27,125 nt of DNA, from assembly GCA_043732485.1 (NCBI GenBank), contig JAYTHP010000182.1, positions 1-27,125 on the forward strand, read 5' to 3'. The stretch is from Oligoflexia bacterium. GTDB taxonomy: Bacteria; Bdellovibrionota; UBA1018. A model generated the notes under the pieces. That model did no database searches, was not told where the DNA came from, and saw nothing but the letters and a program-made list of their open reading frames with translations. Position numbers and translations under genes: made by a program. Positions within the stretch are counted from its first letter, which is position 1; every line of letters starts with the position of its first letter. Shown here piece by piece: positions 8,087 through 17,138 of this stretch.

Positions 8087-8889
8087 ATCTCGAGAAAGTT
8101 CCCAAACAGTTGCTTGGCTAAAGCCTGTTGCTTGCTTTCAATGCCAGGCGGCCAAAACACGGGAGCGGCTTCGTTTTGGCTAGCCGCAAGTTGCGAGTTG
8201 AAGAAAGGTTGCTGCGAACTGAGCGCCCGTCTGGCAGCGCTTGCATCTTTTTCCGGATGAAACTGCACCCCGAAAACTGGCTGATTTTGCCACTGAATGG
8301 CTTGAATTTCGTGGGAATGCCGGGTGCGTGCCAGCAGGCGAAAGCCTGCAGGTAGGTGTTTGAGCTCTTCAGCGTGTGAAGAGAAGGAAAGAAACGGGTT
8401 TGCCACCCCGCGCAAAAGCGAGGAGACCGCTGCATGCTCCACCGCGCACCAACCTAAGCGCGGCTGAGCGCACAAGCCCAAGCCAGCATCTGGTTCGTCG
8501 GGGGCTAAAGCGCGCGCCAGCATCTGATGCCCAAAGCAAATCCCCAGCAGCGGTAGCTTGAGACTCACCGCCTGACGAATCCAAGCCAAAAGTGCCTCAA
8601 TCCAAGGCTGCTTCTCAAACGCCGAGGTGCGGGAGCCTGAAATAATCACCCCACGAAAACGGCACAAAGCCTCATCAGCCCCGCCTGGCGGGGCAAAAAA
8701 AGACGGCAAATCCTGCGGCGGGGCTGCTCGCCGCACGGTGATCCACCCGTTCTCTTGAGCCTCCCCTGCCTGAGCCTCGCGTAACGCTTGGATAATCTCA
8801 CGCGCCCCAAAAGAGCTCGGGTCACGGTTACAATCGAGGATGAGAAGGGGGCGCCTCGGGGGGGGGCTAAGAGGGCTTATTTGAGTCAT
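8074..8889 (-). CDS. class I glutamine amidotransferase-like protein
   Basis: GVIISGS, nucleophile motif LGICFGHQ, GVQFHPE (Cys-His-Glu triad intact). ATG 8889 preceded by GGGAG. Confidence 0.88.
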   Translation of the reverse strand: MTQISPLSPPPRRPLLILDCNRDPSSFGAREIIQALREAQAGEAQENGWITVRRAAPPQDLPSFFAPPGGADEALCRFRGVIISGSRTSAFEKQPWIEALLAWIRQAVSLKLPLLGICFGHQMLARALAPDEPDAGLGLCAQPRLGWCAVEHAAVSSLLRGVANPFLSFSSHAEELKHLPAGFRLLARTRHSHEIQAIQWQNQPVFGVQFHPEKDASAARRALSSQQPFFNSQLAASQNEAAPVFWPPGIESKQQALAKQLFGNFLEICHP

Positions 8890-9736
8890 TATTTTGATAC
8901 TCCCGTAAAAAAGCATACTTGAGAAACATACTATAAGCGGCATTCACGGCAATCAGCCAGCCATCCCAACCATCAAGAAATCCGCGTTTGAGCCAAAAAA
9001 GCTCAACGAATTTACCCAGCGGCTTTAAGACCAGCGCAACGCGGGGATACCGCACCTTGCGTTGCAGCAAGTCTTGCGCGCCCAGGCGGGCAAAGCGCAG
9101 ATTAGTCCTCACTTGCTCTTCCAACGACGCAAAGGTGTGGTGAATCAAGGGGGCTGCAATTTTCTGGGGTCGTCCAAGCAACGCCTGATCCGCCGCTGAA
9201 TGCCCCCCGTAGGCTTGCAGCGTTTCATGCACAAACGGCTCACTCCAGCGACTCCAAGCCCGATGACCTAAGCGCGCGGTATAATTGGGATACCAGCCAC
9301 CGTACCGAATCCAATGCTGGCCAAAATAATTCTTCCGCGCAAAGGCATACACCACTTTTGGGTTAAGTCCGCCCGCAGCCCGCCCCCGTCGCGTCACCTG
9401 CTTCGTCGCGTCTTTTTCTTCTGCTTCTGCTTCTTGGCGAAAAAGCTCCTGCAGGGCTGCCGCTAACTCACCTGACACCTCTTCATCGCCATCCAGACTG
9501 AAGACCCAGTCGTACTGAGCCGCTTGACTGGCAAAATTCTTCTGCTGCCCATACCCCAACCAGGGCTGCACTAACACGTGCGCCCCGCAACTTGCAGCAA
9601 TCTCGCGCGTGTCATCCGTGCTCTCAGAATCAACCACCAGCATCTCGCCTGCCCAGGCGGCCACACTCGCCAAGGTCCTGGCAATCGATGGGGCCTCATT
9701 ATGAGTAATCACCGCCACACTTAAGGGCAATTTCAT
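8867..9736 (-). CDS. GT2 glycosyltransferase, WaaE/KdtX-like
   Basis: LSVAVITHNE, VVDSESTDDT, WLGYGQQKN, WVFSLDGDE, GGWYP, VHE, GFLDG. ATG 9736 overlaps the upstream stop (ATGA). Confidence 0.92.
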   Translation of the reverse strand: MKLPLSVAVITHNEAPSIARTLASVAAWAGEMLVVDSESTDDTREIAASCGAHVLVQPWLGYGQQKNFASQAAQYDWVFSLDGDEEVSGELAAALQELFRQEAEAEEKDATKQVTRRGRAAGGLNPKVVYAFARKNYFGQHWIRYGGWYPNYTARLGHRAWSRWSEPFVHETLQAYGGHSAADQALLGRPQKIAAPLIHHTFASLEEQVRTNLRFARLGAQDLLQRKVRYPRVALVLKPLGKFVELFWLKRGFLDGWDGWLIAVNAAYSMFLKYAFLREYQNNDSNKPS

Positions 9737-10629
9737 CGCACTCCTTCTTTCGCCCACACGTAACTTAAGTCTTGTAATCTCTCCTGGTAAAGACACTGAT
9801 GCTTAGGGTCAGGCACCCGCCGCGGATGAAACAGGTGCACTTGCAAGCATTGACTCTTCACCCCGATCACCTGGCGCTTGGCGTGAATGAGACGGGCAAA
9901 AAGATCGCCGTCCTCCCCCCAGTAAGCCTCGAGCGCTTCGTTAAAGCCATTGACCGCAAGCACGTCCTCCCGCCAGCCACTCCAATTGCTGCCCAAGAGA
10001 TCCAGCGGCAGGTCATAGCCTAACAGCTTACGCCAAAAAGGCGCAACCACGCGCAGGCTGCGCTTGCATTGCCGCCACCCGTCAAACCCCCCACCAGGCC
10101 TCAGGCCTTCTTGCAGAGCCATCCACGGCAAACGCTCCTCCAGCTGCGTTAGCCAAGCGGGGACTGCGCCTGCCGCTTGCGCCGCGGCAAACTGCTGCAA
10201 AACCTGCTCGGTTAATGCTTGATTGAGATCCACCCTGCGACCGGCCACAAAAGCCCCAGGCCGTCTTAAGCTTAAGTGATCTTCCAGAAAATGGGCCTCC
10301 AAAAAAACATCGCCGTCCAGAAAAATTAAGTAATCAGCCCGCGTCTGGCGCAACACCTGATTGAGAATTTTCGATTTACGGTAACCGCAATCAGGCTGGG
10401 TGATCCAGCTTAGCGCAAACGGCGTAGCAGGTTGATCCACGAGCTGCTCGGTGTGATCCGACGAGCCATCGTCAGCCAGAATCACCTGAAAATCACTCAC
10501 AGTTTGCCGCGCCAGACTCGCAAAGAGCAGCGGCAACAAGGCTGCTTGATTGTAGCAAGCCACCACGACAGCAACCGACGATCCAGACGCCAAAGACACC
10601 CTAGGCGAACTGCTGCCGCTACCGCTCAT
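9733..10629 (-). CDS. GT2 glycosyltransferase with C-terminal galactosyltransferase-like motif
   Basis: VVVACYN, ILADDGSSD, YLIFLDGD, VNGFNE..WGEDGDL, HLFH. ATGA overlap with the upstream gene. Confidence 0.9.
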   Translation of the reverse strand: MSGSGSSSPRVSLASGSSVAVVVACYNQAALLPLLFASLARQTVSDFQVILADDGSSDHTEQLVDQPATPFALSWITQPDCGYRKSKILNQVLRQTRADYLIFLDGDVFLEAHFLEDHLSLRRPGAFVAGRRVDLNQALTEQVLQQFAAAQAAGAVPAWLTQLEERLPWMALQEGLRPGGGFDGWRQCKRSLRVVAPFWRKLLGYDLPLDLLGSNWSGWREDVLAVNGFNEALEAYWGEDGDLFARLIHAKRQVIGVKSQCLQVHLFHPRRVPDPKHQCLYQERLQDLSYVWAKEGVR

Positions 10630-12977
10630 GACCGTTGACCCCTCTCAGTTTTAGACGCTGCCGACGACGACGCTAAAGAGGCTAAGTGCTGGGGAGGGAG
10701 CAACCGGTAACTGCGGTACTCAAACCAGCGTCTCCCGCTCAGTTGCTCTAACAGACCCAGCACGATTTTACGAACATCCCGAAGCCCAAAGGTCCAAGGC
10801 GACGCCCTCAGATCCCAGGTCCAGGTGGGATGCGCCACCCTTGCGGCCATCACCGCAGGATGACTGCCAGAAAATTGCCGCAAGCCCCAAAACTTCTTAT
10901 AACGATAATTATGACCGGTATGCGGCAGCCCGGCGGCCTGATTTTCGAGCGAGGGCTTGCCGTGATACAGCTGGTCCATAAAGAAAGTCTTTTGCCGCAT
11001 CGCTTCTGGATGCCGCGCCCAGCCGTAATGAAAAATACGGGCGCCTCCCGCAGGCAAGACCGCCAATTTACGGCCACCTTGCCCACGAAAACTTTGTGCA
11101 TCGCCAACACTCTGGGGCCCAGCTGATTTTCGCACCGCACGCACCTCTTTGCGATAAACGCTGCGGGAGACTTGAATCACGTTGTAAGCTCCGTAAAAGT
11201 GCCTATAATCAAACAACAACCCCTCCACCTCAGGCCGCCCGTGGGCTTGCAGCAGCGCTTGCCGTAACAGCGGTCCGTCGTCCTCATGCAAAACCTCATC
11301 GGCTTGCAAGTACACGCACCAATCGCCCCGGCACTGCGCTAAAGCAAGATTGGTTTGCTCGGCCAGAATTTTTCCACCGCGTTGCTTTGCCTCGTCCTCT
11401 AACTGCCAGGAACTGACAAAAAAGCGAGCCTTCCCGGCCCCCTCTTGCTCACAAAAGCGGGCCACCTGCGCTAACGTCTCATCTTGCCCCTCTCCCACGT
11501 TCACCACCAACTCGTCCACCCACGGCAAGAGGGAGCGCAAAGACTCCAAAAAGGGGTAATCAAAACTCACGCCGTGCCGAATCAAGCTAAAGCCTGAGAC
11601 CAAAAACGCCGGCCTCGGCGGTGATGCCTCCTGCCCCGCAAACCGCTCCCGACGCCTCCAACTCCCCTCGCCCACGACGCCACTGCCGCTTGCTCTGGGC
11701 TTGCCATTTCCGTGCCCACCGCCGTGCCCAGCACTTTGCTGCTGATCGAAGTGCTCAGTCATTTTTGCCACCACCTCAGCCACCGTAATGTCCGTCATGC
11801 ATCGATGTTTTTCCACCTCACAACGCTCTATCCCACACCAAGGATACTCAGGAAACAAGCCCTGATTACGACACGCTAAGTTTTTTTTATAAAAATAAGG
11901 ATGCTCTTGCTGCGGATAAGGATGCCACTCAAACGGATCCTCCGGACCAAACAGCGTGAGGGTGGGTATTCCCAAGCCCACCGCCACATGCTTGGGGCCA
12001 GAATCATTGGCCACAAGCAAGGAAAGCTGCGAGCACACCGCCATCAGCTCGCGCACCGAGAGATCACAACACACCTGCAGCCAGGGCAGGTCTGCCTCTG
12101 CCTCTGCCCGCTCGTCACCCACGTTTTGCTTTTGCAACCTGCGCACTTCAGCCACAACTGCGGTCAGCAAGTTTTTTTCGGCGGGACTACCCAAAAGCAC
12201 GACAACACGCGCCGGCTCCTTGCCCGGCCGTTTCTCGCTCTCCCTGCTCATCCGCCACCACGCGTCGGCCAGCGCCGCAAAACGCTCAGGCGGCCAAGCC
12301 TTAGTCGTGCGACTAGCCCCAGGCGCAAGCCCCAACAAAGAAGAGGGGACAGTGGAGGAGAAGCAGGAGGAGGGGAGGGAGGTGCCGATGCCACCCACTT
12401 TTTCCCGCGCCCACGCCCGCTCGTGCTCTTGCAACTCCAGGCCCGGCATGACTTGCAAACCGCACTCCAGCCCCAGCGCTCTCAGGGTATCTAAATCCCG
12501 CTGGATAGCGGGCTTCAGGACCCACTGATCCGGGATTTTATGGGTTGAAAAGCGATCGCGCTGGTGAAAATCATGAAAATGCACTGCTTTCACCGCGGCC
12601 CCCGAGCGTCGCACCAGCCTGGCGCTGCTCAGGCTTGCATGAAAGTTCAAGGCCACATCAAAGCGCTCCGCTGCAAGCGCCTGCCCGAAACGCCGGTTTT
12701 GGAGCACTCGCTGCACCCAAGATAACCCCGTTTGATAACGCCAAACGGTTGACACTCCTGCCACTCCTTGCACGATCTCCGCAAAGCGCTGATCCACGAG
12801 CACATGGATCTCAGCGCTAGGGTAATGCCTGCGCAACTCGCTTAACGACGCCGTGAGCAGCACGGTATCGCCTAACGCCCGAATTTTAACCGCTAAAATC
12901 TTCAGTGGCAGTAAGCGATTGTCCGGGGTGGTGGCCTGACTGGCCAGCGAGAGGGGGGGAAGGGGTGTAGAGTTCAT
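10626..12977 (-). CDS. GT9 (heptosyltransferase-like) fused to a GT2 glycosyltransferase
   Basis: N-terminal half: ALGDTVL, APGASRTTKAWPPERF, NDSGPKHVAVGLGIPTLTLFGP. C-terminal half: VSGFSLIRHG..DYPFLESLRS, YLQADEV, GDAQSFR, IFHYGW. Confidence 0.9.
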   Translation of the reverse strand: MNSTPLPPLSLASQATTPDNRLLPLKILAVKIRALGDTVLLTASLSELRRHYPSAEIHVLVDQRFAEIVQGVAGVSTVWRYQTGLSWVQRVLQNRRFGQALAAERFDVALNFHASLSSARLVRRSGAAVKAVHFHDFHQRDRFSTHKIPDQWVLKPAIQRDLDTLRALGLECGLQVMPGLELQEHERAWAREKVGGIGTSLPSSCFSSTVPSSLLGLAPGASRTTKAWPPERFAALADAWWRMSRESEKRPGKEPARVVVLLGSPAEKNLLTAVVAEVRRLQKQNVGDERAEAEADLPWLQVCCDLSVRELMAVCSQLSLLVANDSGPKHVAVGLGIPTLTLFGPEDPFEWHPYPQQEHPYFYKKNLACRNQGLFPEYPWCGIERCEVEKHRCMTDITVAEVVAKMTEHFDQQQSAGHGGGHGNGKPRASGSGVVGEGSWRRRERFAGQEASPPRPAFLVSGFSLIRHGVSFDYPFLESLRSLLPWVDELVVNVGEGQDETLAQVARFCEQEGAGKARFFVSSWQLEDEAKQRGGKILAEQTNLALAQCRGDWCVYLQADEVLHEDDGPLLRQALLQAHGRPEVEGLLFDYRHFYGAYNVIQVSRSVYRKEVRAVRKSAGPQSVGDAQSFRGQGGRKLAVLPAGGARIFHYGWARHPEAMRQKTFFMDQLYHGKPSLENQAAGLPHTGHNYRYKKFWGLRQFSGSHPAVMAARVAHPTWTWDLRASPWTFGLRDVRKIVLGLLEQLSGRRWFEYRSYRLLPPQHLASLASSSAASKTERGQRS

Positions 12978-13002
12978 GGTTTTAAAAAAAAGAAAGCGTC
13001 AT

Positions 13003-13035
13003 AAAAAAAACTCAAAAAAAACTCAAAAAAAACGC
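13003..13035. repeat. 11-bp tandem repeat of A8 tracts
   Basis: AAAAAAAACTC AAAAAAAACTC AAAAAAAACGC, read directly. Confidence 0.9.
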
Positions 13036-13107
13036 AAGAAAGACACCCTCCTGCAGTAAAAACTACGCCCCTCCCCCTGCAGCGCACCCCGAAGCCGTAT
13101 CGCACCG

Positions 13108-13749
13108 TTAAATTCGCGACTCCACCTTGTAGATCTGTTTGATATCAATGTGTGCAAACCTGATATGCTTTAACTTCATCGAGGCCAACTGCAAAATCAG
13201 CTTAGATTGCCGGCTCTTATCTTGAAAGCGCACTTTTTTGACCTCTTTCAAGATGAACGACTCCATGTCGCTTGGATGAAAACAAAAGCCTCGCGAGAAC
13301 TCAACATTGCCCTTAAAATGAATAATTCTCCCCTCAAAAATGTCTCTGGGCGCAAACCCCTTGGTCAACTCTGAGTCATTCACCACGTGGGTTTGATTGG
13401 AAAACAAGTCCAAAACCACCAGCGATTTGCGGTTCCAGGTGAACCGTTTCAGCTTAAAAATTGAGTGAATCGTCGAGCAAAAGTCACGGTAAATGTTCAA
13501 ATTCTCGCTGGTCAGGGAATCCTTATTCTTTAAAAAGAAGTATTTCACCGGCGTCAAATCCACCCCCGGCAAGTCGCGATCAAACAAATACCAGTCCATA
13601 AAGATGCACATTCGCTGCTCAAACTCCCGGTCATCCTCGTAGACGATCCCTGCCTTATCAAAATACTCAAGTTTGGCCAGGTAAACTTCGCGGTAATAGT
13701 CCCCAGTGGTGAACTCTTCAATGATCGGTTCAAGATATTTTTGATACAT
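13108..13749 (-). CDS. hypothetical protein downstream of lepA
   Basis: 213 aa globular-looking ORF, 13 nt after the lepA stop, RBS GGGGAG; motifs FMDWYLFDR and GFCFHP. Confidence 0.85.
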   Translation of the reverse strand: MYQKYLEPIIEEFTTGDYYREVYLAKLEYFDKAGIVYEDDREFEQRMCIFMDWYLFDRDLPGVDLTPVKYFFLKNKDSLTSENLNIYRDFCSTIHSIFKLKRFTWNRKSLVVLDLFSNQTHVVNDSELTKGFAPRDIFEGRIIHFKGNVEFSRGFCFHPSDMESFILKEVKKVRFQDKSRQSKLILQLASMKLKHIRFAHIDIKQIYKVESRI

Positions 13750-13762
13750 ACTGGCTCCCCCC

Positions 13763-15559
13763 TTAGTCTACTTTTAAAACCGCTAAAAAAGCCTCCTGCG
13801 GAATCTCCACATTGCCGATCTGCTTCATCCGCTTTTTGCCCTCTTTTTGCTTCTCCAGCAACTTACGCTTCCGGCTGATATCGCCCCCGTAACACTTGGC
13901 CGTGACGTTCTTCCTGAGCGCCGAGATCGACTCGCGGGCGACAATCTTGGCACCAATCGCCGCTTGGATAGCAATTTCAAACATTTGACGGTCAATCAGC
14001 TCCTTCATTTTCTTCACCAGCTCGCGACCCCGGTGAGCCGCCTTATCGCGGTGAATGATCAGTGAAAGCGCATCGACAGGCTCATTATTGATAAGAATAT
14101 CAAGCTTCACCAAATCTGCCACTTGATAATTAATAATTTCATAATCCATAGAGGCGTAGCCCTTAGTGGAGCTTTTTAATTTGTCATAAAAATCAAAAAC
14201 CATCTCATTCAAAGGCATAGTGTAGACCAACGAGACCCGGTCCTTGGTGAGATAGTCCAACTTCTCTTGCATTCCACGCCGTTCATTGCAAAGCGTCATC
14301 ATTACGCCGACAAATTCGGCTGGCAAGTGTAAGGTCAAACGAATATAAGGCTCCTCAATGCTGACGATCTTGGTCAATTCCGGCAACCGCGAGGGGTTAT
14401 CGATCATTAAGACCCCGCCATCGGTCTGCGTGACCCGGTAAATGACCGAAGGCGCCGTGGTGATCAGCGCTAAATCATACTCCCGCTCCAAGCGCTCTTG
14501 CACCACATCCATGTGCAACAGCCCTAAAAAGCCACAACGAAAGCCAAACCCCAAGGCGCTCGACGTCTCAGGCTCAAAACTCACCGCCGAGTCATTGAGT
14601 TGCAGCTTTTCTAAGGCATCTTTCAGCTCATTGTACTGATCAGCGTCAATCGGATATACCCCGCAAAACACCATCGGCTTGACTTCCTTGAAGCCCGCTA
14701 GTGGTTCTAAGGCGAGATTCCCCACCTCCATCAGGGTATCGCCGACTCGCATATCGCGGACGTCGCGAATCCCACACACCAGCGCCCCCACCTCGCCGCT
14801 GCTAATCCCAGCCACCTTGCTAAACTTGGGGGTAAACACCCCCACCTCGCCTACCGTGAACTCCTTACCGACGTAAAACAGCCGAATGCGCATCCCAGGC
14901 TTTAAGCGTCCCGCCATCACCCGGCACAAGGCAATCACCCCTTGATAGGGATCATACCAGCTATCAAAAATCAGGGCCCGCAGCGGCTCATCATCGCGGT
15001 CAGGCGGGCTGGGAAAATAGCGAATCACCGCCTCTAAGATATCGTCAATCCCGAGCCCACTTTTAGCGCTACAAAAAACTGCCCGTGAGGTGTCCACTAA
15101 GCCAATCATCTCATCAATTTCTTGCAACACCCGCTCAGGATCAGCCGAAGGCAAATCAATCTTGTTCACCGCCGGAAAGACCTCAAGCGAGTTTTCTAGC
15201 GCCATAAAGACGTTCGCCAAGGTCTGAGCCTCCACCCCTTGCGAGGCGTCCACCACCAGAATCGCCCCCTCACAAGCGGCAAGCGAGCGCGACACTTCGT
15301 AAGTAAAATCGACATGTCCTGGGGTATCAATCAGGTTCAAGACATAAGTTTGACCGTCTTTTGCCCGGTAATTGAGTCTGGCGCTTTGGGCTTTAATCGT
15401 AATCCCACGCTCACGCTCAATGTCCATGCTATCGAGATACTGAGCCTCCATCTCGCGACTCGTGACCGTCCCGGTGCGCTCTAAGAGGCGATCGGCTAAA
15501 GTGGACTTTCCGTGATCAATGTGGGCAATAATACAAAAATTTCGAATGTTTTTCGCCAT
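13763..15559 (-). CDS. lepA: translation elongation factor 4
   Basis: [64 protein letters not shown]. Confidence 0.99.
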   Translation of the reverse strand: MAKNIRNFCIIAHIDHGKSTLADRLLERTGTVTSREMEAQYLDSMDIERERGITIKAQSARLNYRAKDGQTYVLNLIDTPGHVDFTYEVSRSLAACEGAILVVDASQGVEAQTLANVFMALENSLEVFPAVNKIDLPSADPERVLQEIDEMIGLVDTSRAVFCSAKSGLGIDDILEAVIRYFPSPPDRDDEPLRALIFDSWYDPYQGVIALCRVMAGRLKPGMRIRLFYVGKEFTVGEVGVFTPKFSKVAGISSGEVGALVCGIRDVRDMRVGDTLMEVGNLALEPLAGFKEVKPMVFCGVYPIDADQYNELKDALEKLQLNDSAVSFEPETSSALGFGFRCGFLGLLHMDVVQERLEREYDLALITTAPSVIYRVTQTDGGVLMIDNPSRLPELTKIVSIEEPYIRLTLHLPAEFVGVMMTLCNERRGMQEKLDYLTKDRVSLVYTMPLNEMVFDFYDKLKSSTKGYASMDYEIINYQVADLVKLDILINNEPVDALSLIIHRDKAAHRGRELVKKMKELIDRQMFEIAIQAAIGAKIVARESISALRKNVTAKCYGGDISRKRKLLEKQKEGKKRMKQIGNVEIPQEAFLAVLKVD

Positions 15560-15733
15560 AATAGAGTTTCAGCTTTATTTTCCTTCGTGCTAGAAACTAT
15601 CAGTAAGGGCTGGATTTTAAAAGCCACTTTTGTAAAAACCAAAAAAGCTTACCTCTTACTCCCTTACCCCAACCGAACCAATAGCGTTCTTGAGAAAGTA
15701 AACCCTAAAACTTCCCAACCCCCCCTTACTGCC

Positions 15734-17089
15734 ATGTCTCACCCCTTGAAGCCGCAAGTGAAGCCGCCCATTCACCCTCACGCACTCCAAACCGTGACCG
15801 TCACCGACCTCTCCCGCGGCGGTGCGGGAGTGGCACGCGATGCCCAAGGCCGCACGCTGTTCATTCCTTTTGCAGCCCCAGGCGACAGACTGCAAGTGGC
15901 AAGCAGCAGTCGCCACCCTCCCCATCCGGCGGCTTATGCCCACGCCCAGATCGTGGAGATTTTAGAGCCCTCAACCTTGCGCCTCACTCCGCGCTGTCCG
16001 GTGTTTACCCAGTGCGGAGGCTGCCAGTGGCAACACCTACCCTATGCCACCCAGTGGCAAACTAAAAAAAGAGGGCTTTTTGAAGCCCTGCACCGCGCCC
16101 AAGTCCCGCTTGCCGATCTGCCTGAAGAAGCAGAAACACTGCTTGCCCCGCTCTTAGCCAAACGCTCGGCTCACGCACCGCCTCCTCAGCCTGCCCCTCA
16201 CCCACCGCAACCACCCAGCCAAAGTCGGGCGGACTGGGAGGAGCTTGCAGCCTCGCAGGTCTGGAATTACCGCAACCGCATCCAACTGCGGGGCCGTTAC
16301 CCCGAAGTAGGCTTTTTACGCTTCCAGAGTCACGAACGGGTTGCCATTTCCCACTGTGATCTCGCCCGCCCGGAACTGAACGCCGCCTTACCTGCGGTCA
16401 TCCAAGAAAGTGCACGCTTTGGCGGGCGCGACTTTAAGGTCGAGCTGGAAGTGCAGCCGCCCGACTTGCGCGTCACTCGTGCCTGGAATCAGCCCCATGC
16501 CGCCCAGGGCTTCCGGCAAATTCATGATCAACAGAATCTGCGCCTGCAGCAATGGCTGCTCACGGAAGTGCAAATAGGGGAGCTAAAAGGCACCCTTTTT
16601 GATCTTTTTGGTGGCTCTGGCAACCTTTCGCACGTCTTCAGCGACGGCCCGTTTCACGACATCCGGGTGGTCGACACTGATCAGCCCCACCACCGCCTCC
16701 ACCATCAAGACCTAGGCTTCCCAAGCAACACCCGCCCCCAACCCTTCGCCCAGCGCCATTTTCACACCCGCGGGGTAGTCGACTGGCTACAACAGGTTCG
16801 CTTACCTGACGTGCGGTTGCCACTCACAGTTTTCTTGGACCCGCCGCGCGCAGGCTTGGCCGACAGCTTCTTTGCGCTGGCCACCCATTTAGACCGACTG
16901 AAGGCCTCCACGATCTTTTTGATCGGCTGCCAGGTCGACGCCTTTGCCAAGGACGTGGCCCGCTTTCTGCAGTGGGGCGCCTTAGCGCAGGGGGGTCAGG
17001 GCAGATGGCGCCTCAAAAAACTGATGATCCTCGATTTTTTTCCCCAGACCCCCCATTTGGAATCAGTTGCGATTTTTATGAGAAATTAA
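15734..17089 (+). CDS. RNA (uracil-5)-methyltransferase, RlmD/TrmA family, with TRAM domain
   Basis: Fe-S motif CPVFTQCGGCQWQH, YRNR, FRQIH, DLFGGSG, DPPRAGL, catalytic Cys in IGCQ, DFFPQTPHLE. ATG 15734 chosen because the longer ORF overlaps lepA. Confidence 0.88.
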   Translation: MSHPLKPQVKPPIHPHALQTVTVTDLSRGGAGVARDAQGRTLFIPFAAPGDRLQVASSSRHPPHPAAYAHAQIVEILEPSTLRLTPRCPVFTQCGGCQWQHLPYATQWQTKKRGLFEALHRAQVPLADLPEEAETLLAPLLAKRSAHAPPPQPAPHPPQPPSQSRADWEELAASQVWNYRNRIQLRGRYPEVGFLRFQSHERVAISHCDLARPELNAALPAVIQESARFGGRDFKVELEVQPPDLRVTRAWNQPHAAQGFRQIHDQQNLRLQQWLLTEVQIGELKGTLFDLFGGSGNLSHVFSDGPFHDIRVVDTDQPHHRLHHQDLGFPSNTRPQPFAQRHFHTRGVVDWLQQVRLPDVRLPLTVFLDPPRAGLADSFFALATHLDRLKASTIFLIGCQVDAFAKDVARFLQWGALAQGGQGRWRLKKLMILDFFPQTPHLESVAIFMRN

Positions 17090-17100
17090 AAAGAGATTCT

Positions 17101-17129
17101 TTGACTAAAGTGAAATTGAAATCTATTTT
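17101..17129 (+). promoter_or_regulatory. putative sigma70 promoter for the TPR lipoprotein/rodZ genes
   Basis: TTGACT (17101-17106), 17 nt spacer, TATTTT (17124-17129), in an AT-rich gap. Confidence 0.5.
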
Positions 17130-17138
17130 AAGTAAGAG

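Noticed and set aside
11901..12528. Long plus-strand ORFs (197 and 190 aa)
   Set aside because: Antisense shadows of the well-supported GT9 domain.
15512..15733. N-terminal extension of the methyltransferase ORF
   Set aside because: Overlaps the divergent lepA start and the AT-rich intergenic region; ATG 15734 fits the TRAM domain better.
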